The notes under the pieces: generated by a model | Seen by the model: only the letters and a program-made list of their open reading frames with translations | Told to the model about the DNA's origin: nothing | The model's database searches: none | NCBI GenBank assembly: GCA_036172245.1 | Contig: JAYWIR010000011.1 | Location: forward strand, 4,526,001 to 4,590,000 | DNA length: 64,000 nt | Direction of reading: 5' to 3' | Source: Raillietiella orientalis | Taxonomy: Eukaryota | Part shown: one piece after another, positions 1-12,839 of the stretch | Layout: each line of letters starts with the position of its first letter | Numbering within the stretch: the stretch's first letter is position 1 | Program-made: the position numbers and the translations under genes

Positions 1-324
1 GGTCCAGTACCGTCTTTGCCGTGGAGCAAGTCCGAGGTTCTCTTGCGGGAGAGCTTGACGCTCCCAGCACGTCCGTGACGCTGCAAGTGGGGAAAAAAAA
101 GAAGGGCAACGCGGCCATCCGGGAACCCAGGGGGGTCGGCTGTTCGGGGCGGCAGCAGGGTGCATGCGGCACGACAGCTGCCATGCGCCCTCCGCGGCGG
201 CCCGGAGTGGCGTTGCGGGCACTTCCGCCCAACGGCGGCTGCTCGAGTTGGATCGCGGGCCGAGGCCGAAGGAGACGAAACCGCGCGCGCGGACGAGTGC
301 GACGGTTCCAGATCCCGAACGATC

Positions 325-1272
325 ATGAAAATCTATACGTACACTTACTTATTACCTATTTTAATATGTAGATTCATATACAGATTTTTTGAACACACAT
401 CATTAATATGCACCAACGCACATGTTAATATAATTCACACAGGTAATATATATTAATACACCTGTATTAAAATATATTGCCTGCATAGGTACTAACTGTT
501 ACAAAAATGTTTGCATATGTATTGATAAATGTGATAAATATGTAATAAATGGTTACAAATATGGAATGGGAAACTCATTTGTCGTGGATCAAAATTTCGA
601 AAATGGAATTCGTTTCCTGGGGAAGTTTCATTTGTAGCGCGTTGGAAATGACGGAAACAGAAATACCAAAATACCATACCATTTTTGTTTTTTTAATGCG
701 TTTGCTTTTTTATTTTTTTTCCATTATTTTTAATTGCCACCATTATTTTTGAAAATTCGCTATTTCTACATTTATTTAACATGTATTTATATATTAATGT
801 ATATTATAAGCATGTTTATTTTTATAATCTTAAATATATATTAGTACACTGATGTATGTTATTGATTATATTAATATGAAATAAATAGTACAAATGCTAA
901 TTAATATCTTCATGGATGTTAAAGTAAATATGTATATTAATCTGTGTATATAAATATATAAATAAATGATAAATATATATATATATACGCGTAAATGTTT
1001 ATTATGCATATTAACACACGCACACACACATACACACATATATATGTATATATTAATATACATAATAAACATTTTCATGTTCTTTATAATATGTATATTT
1101 ACATATTAATATATAACCAACATTACATTTGTTTCTAATCTTCATGATATATGTAATAACATGATATTTGTACATAATCGATGTACAAATATATATAATA
1201 AACACATATATATATTAGACTTTTTCATTAATATGCATTAATCTAATTAATAAGTACATATATTTATTTTAT
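325..1272. repeat. Extremely AT-rich low-complexity island with (TA)n/(CA)n tracts
   Basis: Abrupt switch from GC-rich flanks to very AT-rich sequence, with TA and CA dinucleotide runs at about 945-1060. No credible protein. Confidence 0.8.
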
Positions 1273-3549
1273 GGCCTTTTGAGATTTCGACATTCAGGAT
1301 TTTGACCGTCACCGGCCTGCGACAACCCACAGTCGACCGATCTGTAGAGAGGGACCCATTTAAGCAGAAGAGTGGACAGTTGAATCTGCACGTGGAAGAG
1401 ACGAGCGGATAGTCGGAAAAAAAAAAAGCCTTGCATTGGCTGGGACCGTGGCATCCTGTGAACTGCAAGCTGAGGTGCTCATCGCCGCAGAGGTGGCGTC
1501 CAGCCAACGAGCCCGTGTCTTGCTTCAGGTGCCCCAGGGGGCTTGCCCCAAAAAGCTGTTTCCAGTGCCATTTTTTCATCGCTTCTGCAACTGTTCTTGG
1601 ACATCTTCGCCACCCTTAGTTCTTGGGAATTCCAGGACAGTAATGGTTGTTTTTTTTCCTGAATGAGGACTCCGGGCGCGTCACCTTTGACCTCGGTGAA
1701 AGCCATGCGAAGAGGCAGCCCCGAAATAAAGGCAGTTCGTCGCCATGCTCCAGATCCTCGCGCCAGTGGGGAACTCGCGGATTCGGTGAACGACACGAAA
1801 TGGAGAAAGAAGGCGTGGGCAAGAACAGCTGGATTGGGGGTCGGACCACACGTCCGGTCTCGAGTACGCTTCCTGCCTGCACCCTTGCTTGCCCGCGAAG
1901 GTGCACGGGGGAGTTGGCCCCATGGAGCGAAGGGAGCGGGGGTCACAAGCGACTCCCGGGTCGTATAACCTCCGCTGCAAAGGACTTGGTGTGGTTATCT
2001 GCTGCTGACTCGTGCCGGCGTCGCAGGGCGGTCAGCACGGACGCTCTCGACCAGACTCTGCGGTCACGTGGAATTGCCTCGCCGTGCTATCCACAAGGGA
2101 AACGGGTCACGACCGTTCCCTGCGGCTCAGCGTGCTGCAGGCCCGTTGGTGCGGCGTGGACTCCAGCGCGAATCTGGATCTTCGCTCTCCCTCCGAATGC
2201 TCTCCAGTTGTTTCCGTAGCGATCCTCTTTGCGCGAGATCGATGATCGTCAGGGATACGTCTCGTGTGTGTGTGTGTGTGTGTTTTGTTTGCTTTTTGTT
2301 TTGTGTGTATGTGTATTTTTGTTTTGTTTTTTCCACGCGCGCACGCGTTTACTGCTGATTGCCTTTCTGTTGATCACACCCTAGTCGATCAGCCCATCCG
2401 GGTCTGTTGCCACAGTGATCCCATCATGTGAACGGGTTTCGAAGTGCTTGGCAGGGAAACTGGGAGGAGAGGCGAAGAGGAAAATCGAGATGGAGGAAAT
2501 AAAAAGACGATGATGGCATCGCCGAGGAGGGTTGAACAATAAAAGTGGTGGCTGAGCACTTTGCGTGCTGGGGAGGGGGAGGCAAGTGGGCGGAACCGCA
2601 AGGGCACCACGGGAGCTGCTGGCTTTACGACCGTTCGGGGTGGAAGAGACGGTAAACATTTGGCGAGATGCAGACGGCGAGAAATTAACGGTCAGGCCTT
2701 CGAAGAGCGGAGAAGAAGATTGCATTCCTGTGATGCTGCGGCAGCTCGCGGTAGGCCTGAACGCGTGGAGCGCGGAGGGTATCGGTGGAAGAGGAAAAAT
2801 GGCGTTCCAAGAGGTGCTCCAGAGATGCCGCCAAGCTGTGGGTGCTGAGCGAGGCTCGCGACCTCCAAAAGCAGAGGAACTCTTTTGCGCCGAGCTGCTT
2901 CAAGCAAACGCACGCGGCCGGCTCCGAAGAGGAAGAGCTGTCGATCAGCCTCGCATTACACGCAGCAAGGGGATTCTTCTCCGGAGACAAAAGCCTGGAG
3001 ACGTCACATAGCAACCGCCTGAACTCGCTATTGATTTCCATGAACGCAGCAAATCTCCGGTTTCACATTGTATGAGGACAGCAGCTCATGTTTCCCGACT
3101 TCCAAGCCTGCGCTCCCGGGGGGCGTCCGGCTGCATCGCGCAGCAGCCTAACGACAATCTCTTGGTTTGTCGGCCAAGCACAAGCGCAGCTGCTGTTCCA
3201 TCGAGGCAAGCGCTGGACGACGGTCGCCATGGGACAGGATGCCTCCGAAGGTCTCCGTGAGCTTCCAGCACCGTTGCGACGGGCGAGGCAGGGAATTTAT
3301 CCTATGTGCATGCTGTCTCTTCGGAAGCGTGTTCCAGAGTTCTGTGCCTGCTGAGGCGCCGGCATATACAGCATCCATGTGCCCCAAAGGTGACTTTGGA
3401 AAGGAGAGGACTAGGAAGAGGAGGGAAGAGGGAGAGGTAGAAGGAGGAAGGAGAGGAAGAGGACGAGCAGAAAGTGAGTAGAAACAGGAGGACGAGGAAG
3501 CGGAAGAAGGGAGGAAGAGCAGTCAAGCCTCTCCACCGCCAGCGCAGCA

Positions 3550-6500
3550 ACCCCCAGTCACCAAGGAAACGCGCAGCGCGGTTCCTCGAAACACCTCATG
3601 ATGCGCCATCTGCTTCTCACCACGCACGCGGTCGCTGAAAAGATGTGCCCGGAGTCGCGGAGGGAAGAGTCGCTGCGTTACGCAAAAGGTGATCCAGAGA
3701 AGACGGAGCGAGCCACGCCCCCCGACGTCATCGCTCGCGCTCCGCGTGAGTGGGAAAACCACGTGGAGGGAGTGCAGGCGACGACTCGTGGTTCCTGGCG
3801 TTCCTCCCGAATCCCGGAGCGGGCTCGATTTTCCGTGGGAGCGACATCCTCGCCCCCACTCTCGTACAAACTCGGCGCACTCGGAGTTGCTGCATGGCGG
3901 TGGGGCTTCGTCACAGCCGCGCAAAACGCCGTGACCACGCTCCCTCCACCCCCTTAATTATCGAAAAGCCGCGAAGAAAGTCCATTTGCCACTGCACGCG
4001 GCCTCCAGCCACCTCTCAAACGGATTGGATTTTCCACATTTTCGCGGGTCACTGCCAAGCTGTGTCCTTTCCAAATGATTCCGGGCTTCCGTAGCATTCG
4101 TAAATTCGGCACACACATCGCTGACGCCCCCGCTGCTACGACTGATGCTGCAGGGGTGCCAGGTGCAACGTTTATTTGTTTCATTAAATAATGCTCAAGC
4201 ATTCGAAGAAATTGAATCGACCCAATACATACGAATAACTTGGAATACAATACAATCAAAGTAAATATCTATGTATTTCTTTTGTTGTTGTACATGGATT
4301 GGATGCTGTAAAATGAACATCATCCTCATCATCGCTTTGCGTCCTTCATCTCGTTCGGGAAACTCTTCAGACCGAATCCTTCCGTTTGGCAGGCCGGCTG
4401 TGGGTGATGCGAGCGCCGCTCCCACGGACACGAGCTACCCGGATTCCGTGCACACGTCCTTCTTGGCACCTTCGTGCTCGGGAAGGATTCTCGGCCAGGT
4501 GAGTGCACTGCGGCCTCCGGCGGTGCAGAGCGGATCTTCGCCTTCTCCACCTTTGAGTTTCCACACCGAAGGGAGGGAGGCGGTGGCAGGATGGGAGGGA
4601 GCAGCACCAGAAGGCAGAACGAGGAAGACAATCCGCTGCCACCAACATTTCCTCCCGAAGGAGGCGCGCTCCATCGCAGCCGCCTCGGCAGGTCCAGCCA
4701 CGTGAACTTCCTCCGTCGCGTCAGCCATCCGGAAGCGCCGCGGGACAGCAGAGCTCGAGCGAGCCGCGTTTGCCGTGCGTGCAACAGGCTGGGGAGAGGG
4801 TCGCACGCGGTGGAAAACGAAGCAGGAGAATGGGTCAGGGTCCGTGCGAGTGAAGGAGGAATGGCGGCTGGCTAGGTCGCTGCCGTGGTTACTCTTTCGC
4901 GTGCAAGGAGGGTGCGGGCCCGGGCGCGAGCCGTGGCTCATTCTGGGATCACCGAGCAGTAGAGCATGTAGCGCACGAGGTCAAAGCGGAGTGTTTGTTT
5001 GGAATCCCGACAGTGGGGACGTGATCTGCAGCAACCGTCGGCTGCCGATCGTGGGAAAGCGGTACGGGCTGCTTGGATTGCGAGTCTGGAACTTCCGGGA
5101 AGTGGAATGAGGACACGCAAGGACGCAGGGGTTCCCTGGGGCAAGGGGGAGGATTCGCAATGGGTTGCGGCGCCGAGGACCAGATCCCTTCGGAAAAGAG
5201 GGACCAACGCGCAGGCGTCCTCATGGGAAGTGGAAAGCACCGAAGATCCCGGAAAAACAAGGGCAGCACGGGAAGAAGACACCGGCAGAGAGCCACAGCC
5301 CGACAGAGGCAGGCCGCACACTGGTGCGGGCTGCTTCTGTCGATACTGGAATACAAGGATTGCCTTGAGGAGCAGGCACCCTGTATCCGCTGACGTGAGG
5401 CGAGGTCGTGTGGGTGACCCCGGGTTCGAGAGGGATGACCGCTGCTTGGAAACGCAAGCATAGCACGGATCTCCTCGTGGCTGAATCCTCACTCGCTTCC
5501 TCGGTCTACTCTCCTCCCCTCTTTCTCCTTGCTCCTGCAGAGACGCGACTGTTGCGGCTCGACGGAGCAAGTCAGCAGCATTGCCCAGGAGTCATGTTGA
5601 ACTCAGCATGCCCAGTAGCGACAAAGACGCTCCGCCGGCGAGGTCACCAGCAGCTCGAGGGACCGCACGGGCGGGCAAAGACCCCGGACAACGGAGCGCG
5701 GCCTGGCAGAGGTCTCCAGAACGCAGCTTCCGATCTTCCTGCTCGGCACGAATAGGGAAGAGAAGGCGGGGAGGTTCGCAGCTGGGCGCCTCGACTGCGC
5801 GGCCTGCCTCTTCCCTCTCTGGCAACACGCAGTGCGCCACCGGCGAGGCAGACATCCGCCGTGCAAGCCCAGTGCCGAGGCGGGCGGCACCCGTCGCGCC
5901 ATCACCCGTGGTGATGGCGCGATGATGTGAAGTGATGGCCTCGGGACAACCAGGCAGGCTCGGAGCGGCAGCAACCCGTCCCACCGTCCCCTAGCGGCGC
6001 GCGCGCGCAACGCACTCTCGGCGCCAGCTTGTGCGTCCGAAGCGAGCGGTTCCTCCCGGTATGCTAGTCGGTGACCCCCACGTTCGGAAACAACGTCCCT
6101 TTGCGCCCAGCGTTCTCTTCGCTCCCCGCTCAGCCGGGAGTCAGCCACGTGAGCCGGGATGGCACCAAACAGGTCGTTTTATTCGGAGGCATCAGCCTGC
6201 TAGGCGGCGCAAGCAACACCTCGCCTCAGGGGTTCGACCATGCCCACCTCTACACGCACGAGTAGTTGAGCTTCAAACGGAGGCTATAGGCCGCGTCCTC
6301 TCTCTCTTCGGCACCGTAGACAGCGAGGTCGCAGCTGCCGGACCACAAATTGCTGATCTCTGGCAGCGGTCCGATGAGGGGCAGCTTCCTCACCATCGGG
6401 ACGAGCGCGTGTGCGATCCTGACCAAGATGTCATCACGCTGCTCCTGGAAGAAAAGGGAAGCGCCGTTCGTCTGCTGCCGAACTTCAGACGAAGGGGGAG

Positions 6501-6805
6501 AACGCAGTGGGTGCGGACCGCGGGGAGGGGACGAGGAAGGAGAAGCGTCCCACCCGAGCGCTCTTCCCTGGGTGCTACCTGCTTCGGGGCGTCGGGCAGC
6601 GACGGAGGGAGCATCAGCACCAGCATCAACACTAGCATGAGCATCTTCATCTTGCGACAGTTTCCTGGGGAGGTGGTGCGGGAATGGTGACCTGGCACGA
6701 ACCAGAGCTGCAGGCAACTCGGCCGCCCGTTCGCGTGAGGCCGGGAGACACCTTTCGCGCACCAGCTGCGCCATGCCGCCGGAAGGGAGGAGCCGGGGAG
6801 CTCGT
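3550..6805. repeat. Left arm of a 3.25-kb inverted duplication
   Basis: Reverse complement of 9499-12754. Mirrored ORFs in the track have identical translations and coordinates summing to 16304 (e.g. 4938..5570- and 10734..11366+). Confidence 0.97.
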
Positions 6806-7786
6806 CGCAGCTGCGCTGTGGGGTGGCGAGGCGCGCCACCTCCCAGAGGCGCAGCCGCCCGTCCACCGACCGCGCCGTCGCTGGCCCTCGGGACAGTCGC
6901 CTTGCCCAGGACGACCTCGCGGGATCGGCGTCTCCCCTCGGGAGGTCGTCGGGGCTCGGGTGCCCCACCGGGAAAGGGAAGGGCGACTCCGCTCAACGGA
7001 GCCGCCTCTCCTGCCCGGGAGGGGATCGGGGGACGCGGAGGTACCTGAGCACATGAGAAAGTGCGCGCGGCCTTTCTCTCCGAGTTCTCCCGTGCGTGGG
7101 GAAGTCCCGGTGCGCTTCCGTCCACCGGGACGGAGACGCCTTCCCGGATGTTTGCGCTTCTCCCGCGGCCGCGGCCGCGCGCGGGAGAGCCGCGTGGGAA
7201 TCGCGCTGTCGGCCCCCACCGTTGCCTTCCTAAAAGTCGTCGTCCTGCGTGTCGCCCTTTTCCGCCGCTGCGCCGCGGAGGCGCAGATACCTCCAGAACT
7301 CTTCGTCGGAAGGGGCGGCTCAGTGCGCGCTCTTCTCGGCCGCGAGAGCTTTCCTGCGGAATTTCTTCCCCACTTCGGCTTCCTGACCCACTGCGACTGG
7401 GGCTGCTCTTCGCTCCCGGAAGCGCCTCTATCGTCAGGAGGATGCTCGGGGGTGAGAAGGTAGCGTGGCATCTTCCGGGCGTAGCGCCGGTCCGGTAGGC
7501 GTGGTCGCCTTGCACGGGTTGGCCGGCTCTTCATCCGCAATGGCGGCCTGGCGGTTTCTCTAGAGGCTCCGATAGGCCGGGCATGCGGTCGCCTGCAACA
7601 TTACTTGTGCGCCTACCGCACTAGCAATGCGCCATTTCGGAGGCTGCGGAAGTCGTCTCCTTCCCGGCGGCGAGTCCTTCGGTCGCTCTCCCCTCCCTCC
7701 CTTCCTGCAGTCTCTAAGGGGCCTCCTGCCGGGAAACGTGTCGCAGGGATCTTTCCCTGGTCACCAGCAGCAGGGAGAAGTACCCG

Positions 7787-8702
7787 TGTCGGAGGCTTTG
7801 TGGTTAAGGCTTCCGCGTGTGGTACCATGCGTCGGGGGATGGAATACTCCGGCAGAAACTGACGCCACTGCGTCGTCGGGTGCCGAGTTTCTCCTGCAAG
7901 ATGGCGCTGGTTGGCCGAGACATTCGGGCGTGGCACCAGCGATGGATTAAGCTGGAGGCCCCTGACGAAGGCCGGAACAATGGGAGTAGACCTTCAGGTT
8001 TTTCCAGGAATCCAGGAGTGGGGAATTCCCCCTCCGGTCGTACAACGGAGAGCGGACCCCCCTCACCGAGGGAACCCCTCCGGTTTCAAGATGGAGCAGG
8101 AGCCTTCACAGGTACCTCTCCAGTTGTTCAAAGGAGCGAATCCCCCCTGTTGCGAGGGGGACCCTCCGAGTCGTCGCCTCTTCACAGAGTGTGCACAAGG
8201 AAGCAAGCGAGAGCGATTCCCTGAGGGAAGCTGCAGCGCCCCTTCTGAGTTTCGGAAGCGTCCCTTCGGGGCTCTCTTCAGAGGAGTGAACAGGAGCGGT
8301 TCCCTTGCGGGTTCCCTCCGGAGAAGAAATTCCTACAAGCGGATCCTTTCCGGGTTCCCTTCGGAGAAGATGAAATGGAGAGGATCACCCTCCCCATTAG
8401 GGGGGTGTCCCTCCGGAGAGAATGAGGAAGGAGATTCCCTTCGGGGTTCCCGAGGGTGCGAGGTGCGATCCCCCCATCCGGGGACATCCCTCCCCAAGCG
8501 TGAGAGTAACGGACTCCGAGCCTTTCCTGGATTCTTAAGGAGACCCCCATCCCTGGGTGTCTTCTATCCTGGAGAATTACACGCCCCTCTGCGGGTTGTC
8601 GCAGGGGAGTGGCGTGGAAACAAAACAGTGTGTTTAAAGAGCCACGTGCGCCGCAAGGCACGCGACCGCCTCTTGAGGAGCACTTAGCGAACCAAAAAAA
8701 AA
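7787..8702 (+). mobile_element. Long tRNA-derived SINE-like element, near full length, in the palindrome spacer
   Basis: Head at 7787-7935 aligns by eye with 34745-34900 (decayed B-boxes, then CAAGATG..GCTGGTTGGCC). Body has tandem ~42-bp hairpin subrepeats at 8293-8455. Ends CTTAGCGAACC plus an A-rich tail, like copy 37533-38120. Confidence 0.75.
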
Positions 8703-9498
8703 GAAAACTTTAAAAAATAAAAAAAGCTGAAAGGAAAACAGCGTAGACAGAAGAAAAAGAACCCAAGGATTTCCATCATCCGCGATCACTTCTCCATTGG
8801 CGCAGGTACCTCCGCGTCCCCGCTCCCTTTCTCGGTGGGGTCTCCCTCCTTCCCCTCCGGACCGCAGGTGGGAAACGTCCTCCCCCGACCGACCGCTACT
8901 AGGCGAGCGCGCCGGGAACGCACCTGCGGCGCCTCGGCGTTTCCTCTGCTGGGGGGGCTGCGCCGTGGCCCCCGATCCGGCGTCCGCCCGTCCCAGGGAG
9001 AGAAGGAAAGGGTGCGCCGCCTGCAGCAGCACCAGTAGAAACCTTGCACGAGGCGCACAGCTGCTCCAGCCGGTCAGGTCCCGCCCGTCCATCCGTCACC
9101 TTCCCATCCGCGGCGAGACGAGAGCGCCGGGGTCACGAAAGCGCCTGCGGACGGCAGCCTCCCCTCTCCTCCGCCTCCCCATTTCGCTCGCGGCTCACTA
9201 ACCGCTCCACCCTGTTAGAGGCGCCCGCCCGCGGGGGCTCCAAGCCGCGACGACCTCCCGACGGGAGGCACCGAGTCCGCGAGGTCGTCCTGGGAAAGGC
9301 GACCGCCCCGTGAGCCCGCGACGGTCCAGGGTCTCTCAGGACAGATGGAAGGGGCCTGGCACCGAAACGGGCGCCTGCTGCGAGCATGCGGACGACGACG
9401 CTTTTCCTAGGAGAGAGGAGAGCCCAAGGGTGCGGTCGCTGGTCGGGCAGCTAAGGCTCCGGGAGGTGGCTCACGTTGCCGATCTACGCGAGGCGGCG

Positions 9499-12400
9499 AC
9501 GCGCTCCCCGGCTCCTCCCTTCCGGCGGCATGGCGCAGCTGGTGCGCGAAAGGTGTCTCCCGGCCTCACGCGAACAGGCGGCTGAGTTGCCTACAGCTCT
9601 GGTTCGTGCCAGGTCACCATTCCCGTACCACCAGCCCAGGAAACTGTCGTAAGATGAAGATGCTCATGCTAGTGTTGATGCTGGTGCTGATGCTCCCTCC
9701 GTCGCTGCCCGACGCCCCGAAGCAGGTAGCACCCAGGGAAGAGCGCTCGGGTGGGACGCTTCTCCTTCCTCGTCCCCTCCCCGCGGTCCGCACCCCCTGC
9801 GTTCTCCCCCTTCGTCTGAAGTTCGGCAGCAGACGAACGGCGCTTCCCTTTTCTTCCAGGAGCAGCGTGATGACATCTTGGTCAGGATCGCACACGCGCT
9901 CGTCCCGATGGTGAGGGAGCTGCCCCTCGTCGGACCGCTACCGGTGAGCCGCAATTTGTGGTCCGGCAGCTGCGACCTCGCTGTCTATGGTGCCGAAGAG
10001 AGAGAGGACGCGGCTCATAGCCTCCGTTTGAAGCTCAACTACTCGTGCGTGTAGAGGTGGGCATGGTCGAACCCCTGAGGCGAGGTGTTGCTTGCGCCGC
10101 CTAGCAGGCTGATGCCTCCGAATAAAACGACCTGTTTGGTGCCATCCCGGCTCACGTGGCTGACTCCCGGCTGAGCGGGGAGCGAAGAGAACGCTGGGCG
10201 CAAAGGGACGTTGTTTCCGAACGTGGGGGTCACCGACTAGCATACCGGGAGGAACCGCTCGCTTCGGACGCACAAGCTGGCGCCGAGAGTGCGTTGCGCG
10301 CGCGCGCCGCTAGGGGACGGTGGGACGGGTTGCTGCCGCTCCGAGCCTGCCTGGTTGTCCCGAGGCCATCACTTCACATCATCGCGCCATCACCACGGGT
10401 GATGGCGCGACGGGTGCCGCCCGCCTCGGCACTGGGCTTGCACGGCGGATGTCTGCCTCGCCGGTGGCGCACTGCGTGTTGCCAGAGAGGGAAGAGGCAG
10501 GCCGCGCAGTCGAGGCGCCCAGCTGCGAACCTCCCCGCCTTCTCTTCCCTATTCGTGCCGAGCAGGAAGATCGGAAGCTGCGTTCTGGAGACCTCTGCCA
10601 GGCCGCGCTCCGTTGTCCGGGGTCTTTGCCCGCCCGTGCGGTCCCTCGAGCTGCTGGTGACCTCGCCGGCGGAGCGTCTTTGTCGCTACTGGGCATGCTG
10701 AGTTCAACATGACTCCTGGGCAATGCTGCTGACTTGCTCCGTCGAGCCGCAACAGTCGCGTCTCTGCAGGAGCAAGGAGAAAGAGGGGAGGAGAGTAGAC
10801 CGAGGAAGCGAGTGAGGATTCAGCCACGAGGAGATCCGTGCTATGCTTGCGTTTCCAAGCAGCGGTCATCCCTCTCGAACCCGGGGTCACCCACACGACC
10901 TCGCCTCACGTCAGCGGATACAGGGTGCCTGCTCCTCAAGGCAATCCTTGTATTCCAGTATCGACAGAAGCAGCCCGCACCAGTGTGCGGCCTGCCTCTG
11001 TCGGGCTGTGGCTCTCTGCCGGTGTCTTCTTCCCGTGCTGCCCTTGTTTTTCCGGGATCTTCGGTGCTTTCCACTTCCCATGAGGACGCCTGCGCGTTGG
11101 TCCCTCTTTTCCGAAGGGATCTGGTCCTCGGCGCCGCAACCCATTGCGAATCCTCCCCCTTGCCCCAGGGAACCCCTGCGTCCTTGCGTGTCCTCATTCC
11201 ACTTCCCGGAAGTTCCAGACTCGCAATCCAAGCAGCCCGTACCGCTTTCCCACGATCGGCAGCCGACGGTTGCTGCAGATCACGTCCCCACTGTCGGGAT
11301 TCCAAACAAACACTCCGCTTTGACCTCGTGCGCTACATGCTCTACTGCTCGGTGATCCCAGAATGAGCCACGGCTCGCGCCCGGGCCCGCACCCTCCTTG
11401 CACGCGAAAGAGTAACCACGGCAGCGACCTAGCCAGCCGCCATTCCTCCTTCACTCGCACGGACCCTGACCCATTCTCCTGCTTCGTTTTCCACCGCGTG
11501 CGACCCTCTCCCCAGCCTGTTGCACGCACGGCAAACGCGGCTCGCTCGAGCTCTGCTGTCCCGCGGCGCTTCCGGATGGCTGACGCGACGGAGGAAGTTC
11601 ACGTGGCTGGACCTGCCGAGGCGGCTGCGATGGAGCGCGCCTCCTTCGGGAGGAAATGTTGGTGGCAGCGGATTGTCTTCCTCGTTCTGCCTTCTGGTGC
11701 TGCTCCCTCCCATCCTGCCACCGCCTCCCTCCCTTCGGTGTGGAAACTCAAAGGTGGAGAAGGCGAAGATCCGCTCTGCACCGCCGGAGGCCGCAGTGCA
11801 CTCACCTGGCCGAGAATCCTTCCCGAGCACGAAGGTGCCAAGAAGGACGTGTGCACGGAATCCGGGTAGCTCGTGTCCGTGGGAGCGGCGCTCGCATCAC
11901 CCACAGCCGGCCTGCCAAACGGAAGGATTCGGTCTGAAGAGTTTCCCGAACGAGATGAAGGACGCAAAGCGATGATGAGGATGATGTTCATTTTACAGCA
12001 TCCAATCCATGTACAACAACAAAAGAAATACATAGATATTTACTTTGATTGTATTGTATTCCAAGTTATTCGTATGTATTGGGTCGATTCAATTTCTTCG
12101 AATGCTTGAGCATTATTTAATGAAACAAATAAACGTTGCACCTGGCACCCCTGCAGCATCAGTCGTAGCAGCGGGGGCGTCAGCGATGTGTGTGCCGAAT
12201 TTACGAATGCTACGGAAGCCCGGAATCATTTGGAAAGGACACAGCTTGGCAGTGACCCGCGAAAATGTGGAAAATCCAATCCGTTTGAGAGGTGGCTGGA
12301 GGCCGCGTGCAGTGGCAAATGGACTTTCTTCGCGGCTTTTCGATAATTAAGGGGGTGGAGGGAGCGTGGTCACGGCGTTTTGCGCGGCTGTGACGAAGCC

Positions 12401-12754
12401 CCACCGCCATGCAGCAACTCCGAGTGCGCCGAGTTTGTACGAGAGTGGGGGCGAGGATGTCGCTCCCACGGAAAATCGAGCCCGCTCCGGGATTCGGGAG
12501 GAACGCCAGGAACCACGAGTCGTCGCCTGCACTCCCTCCACGTGGTTTTCCCACTCACGCGGAGCGCGAGCGATGACGTCGGGGGGCGTGGCTCGCTCCG
12601 TCTTCTCTGGATCACCTTTTGCGTAACGCAGCGACTCTTCCCTCCGCGACTCCGGGCACATCTTTTCAGCGACCGCGTGCGTGGTGAGAAGCAGATGGCG
12701 CATCATGAGGTGTTTCGAGGAATCGCGCTGCGCGTTTCCTTGGTGACCGGGGGT
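9499..12754. repeat. Right arm of a 3.25-kb inverted duplication
   Basis: Reverse complement of 3550-6805, with only scattered substitutions near the arm ends. Confidence 0.97.
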
Positions 12755-12839
12755 CACCATGCCAGTTGGGAAGGGAGTGACCTCCTCTCCCCCTTTTTTT
12801 TTCTTTTTGTTCCTGCTCCTCTTCCTATTGTTTACCTCA

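Noticed and set aside
6250..7540. Long overlapping ORFs (421, 297 and 259 aa)
   Set aside because: They are Arg/Pro/Gly-rich, open in several frames on both strands because of high GC, and have no recognisable domain.
8293..8455. CRISPR-like array
   Set aside because: The units are degenerate tandem repeats without unique spacers, in a eukaryotic context with no cas genes.
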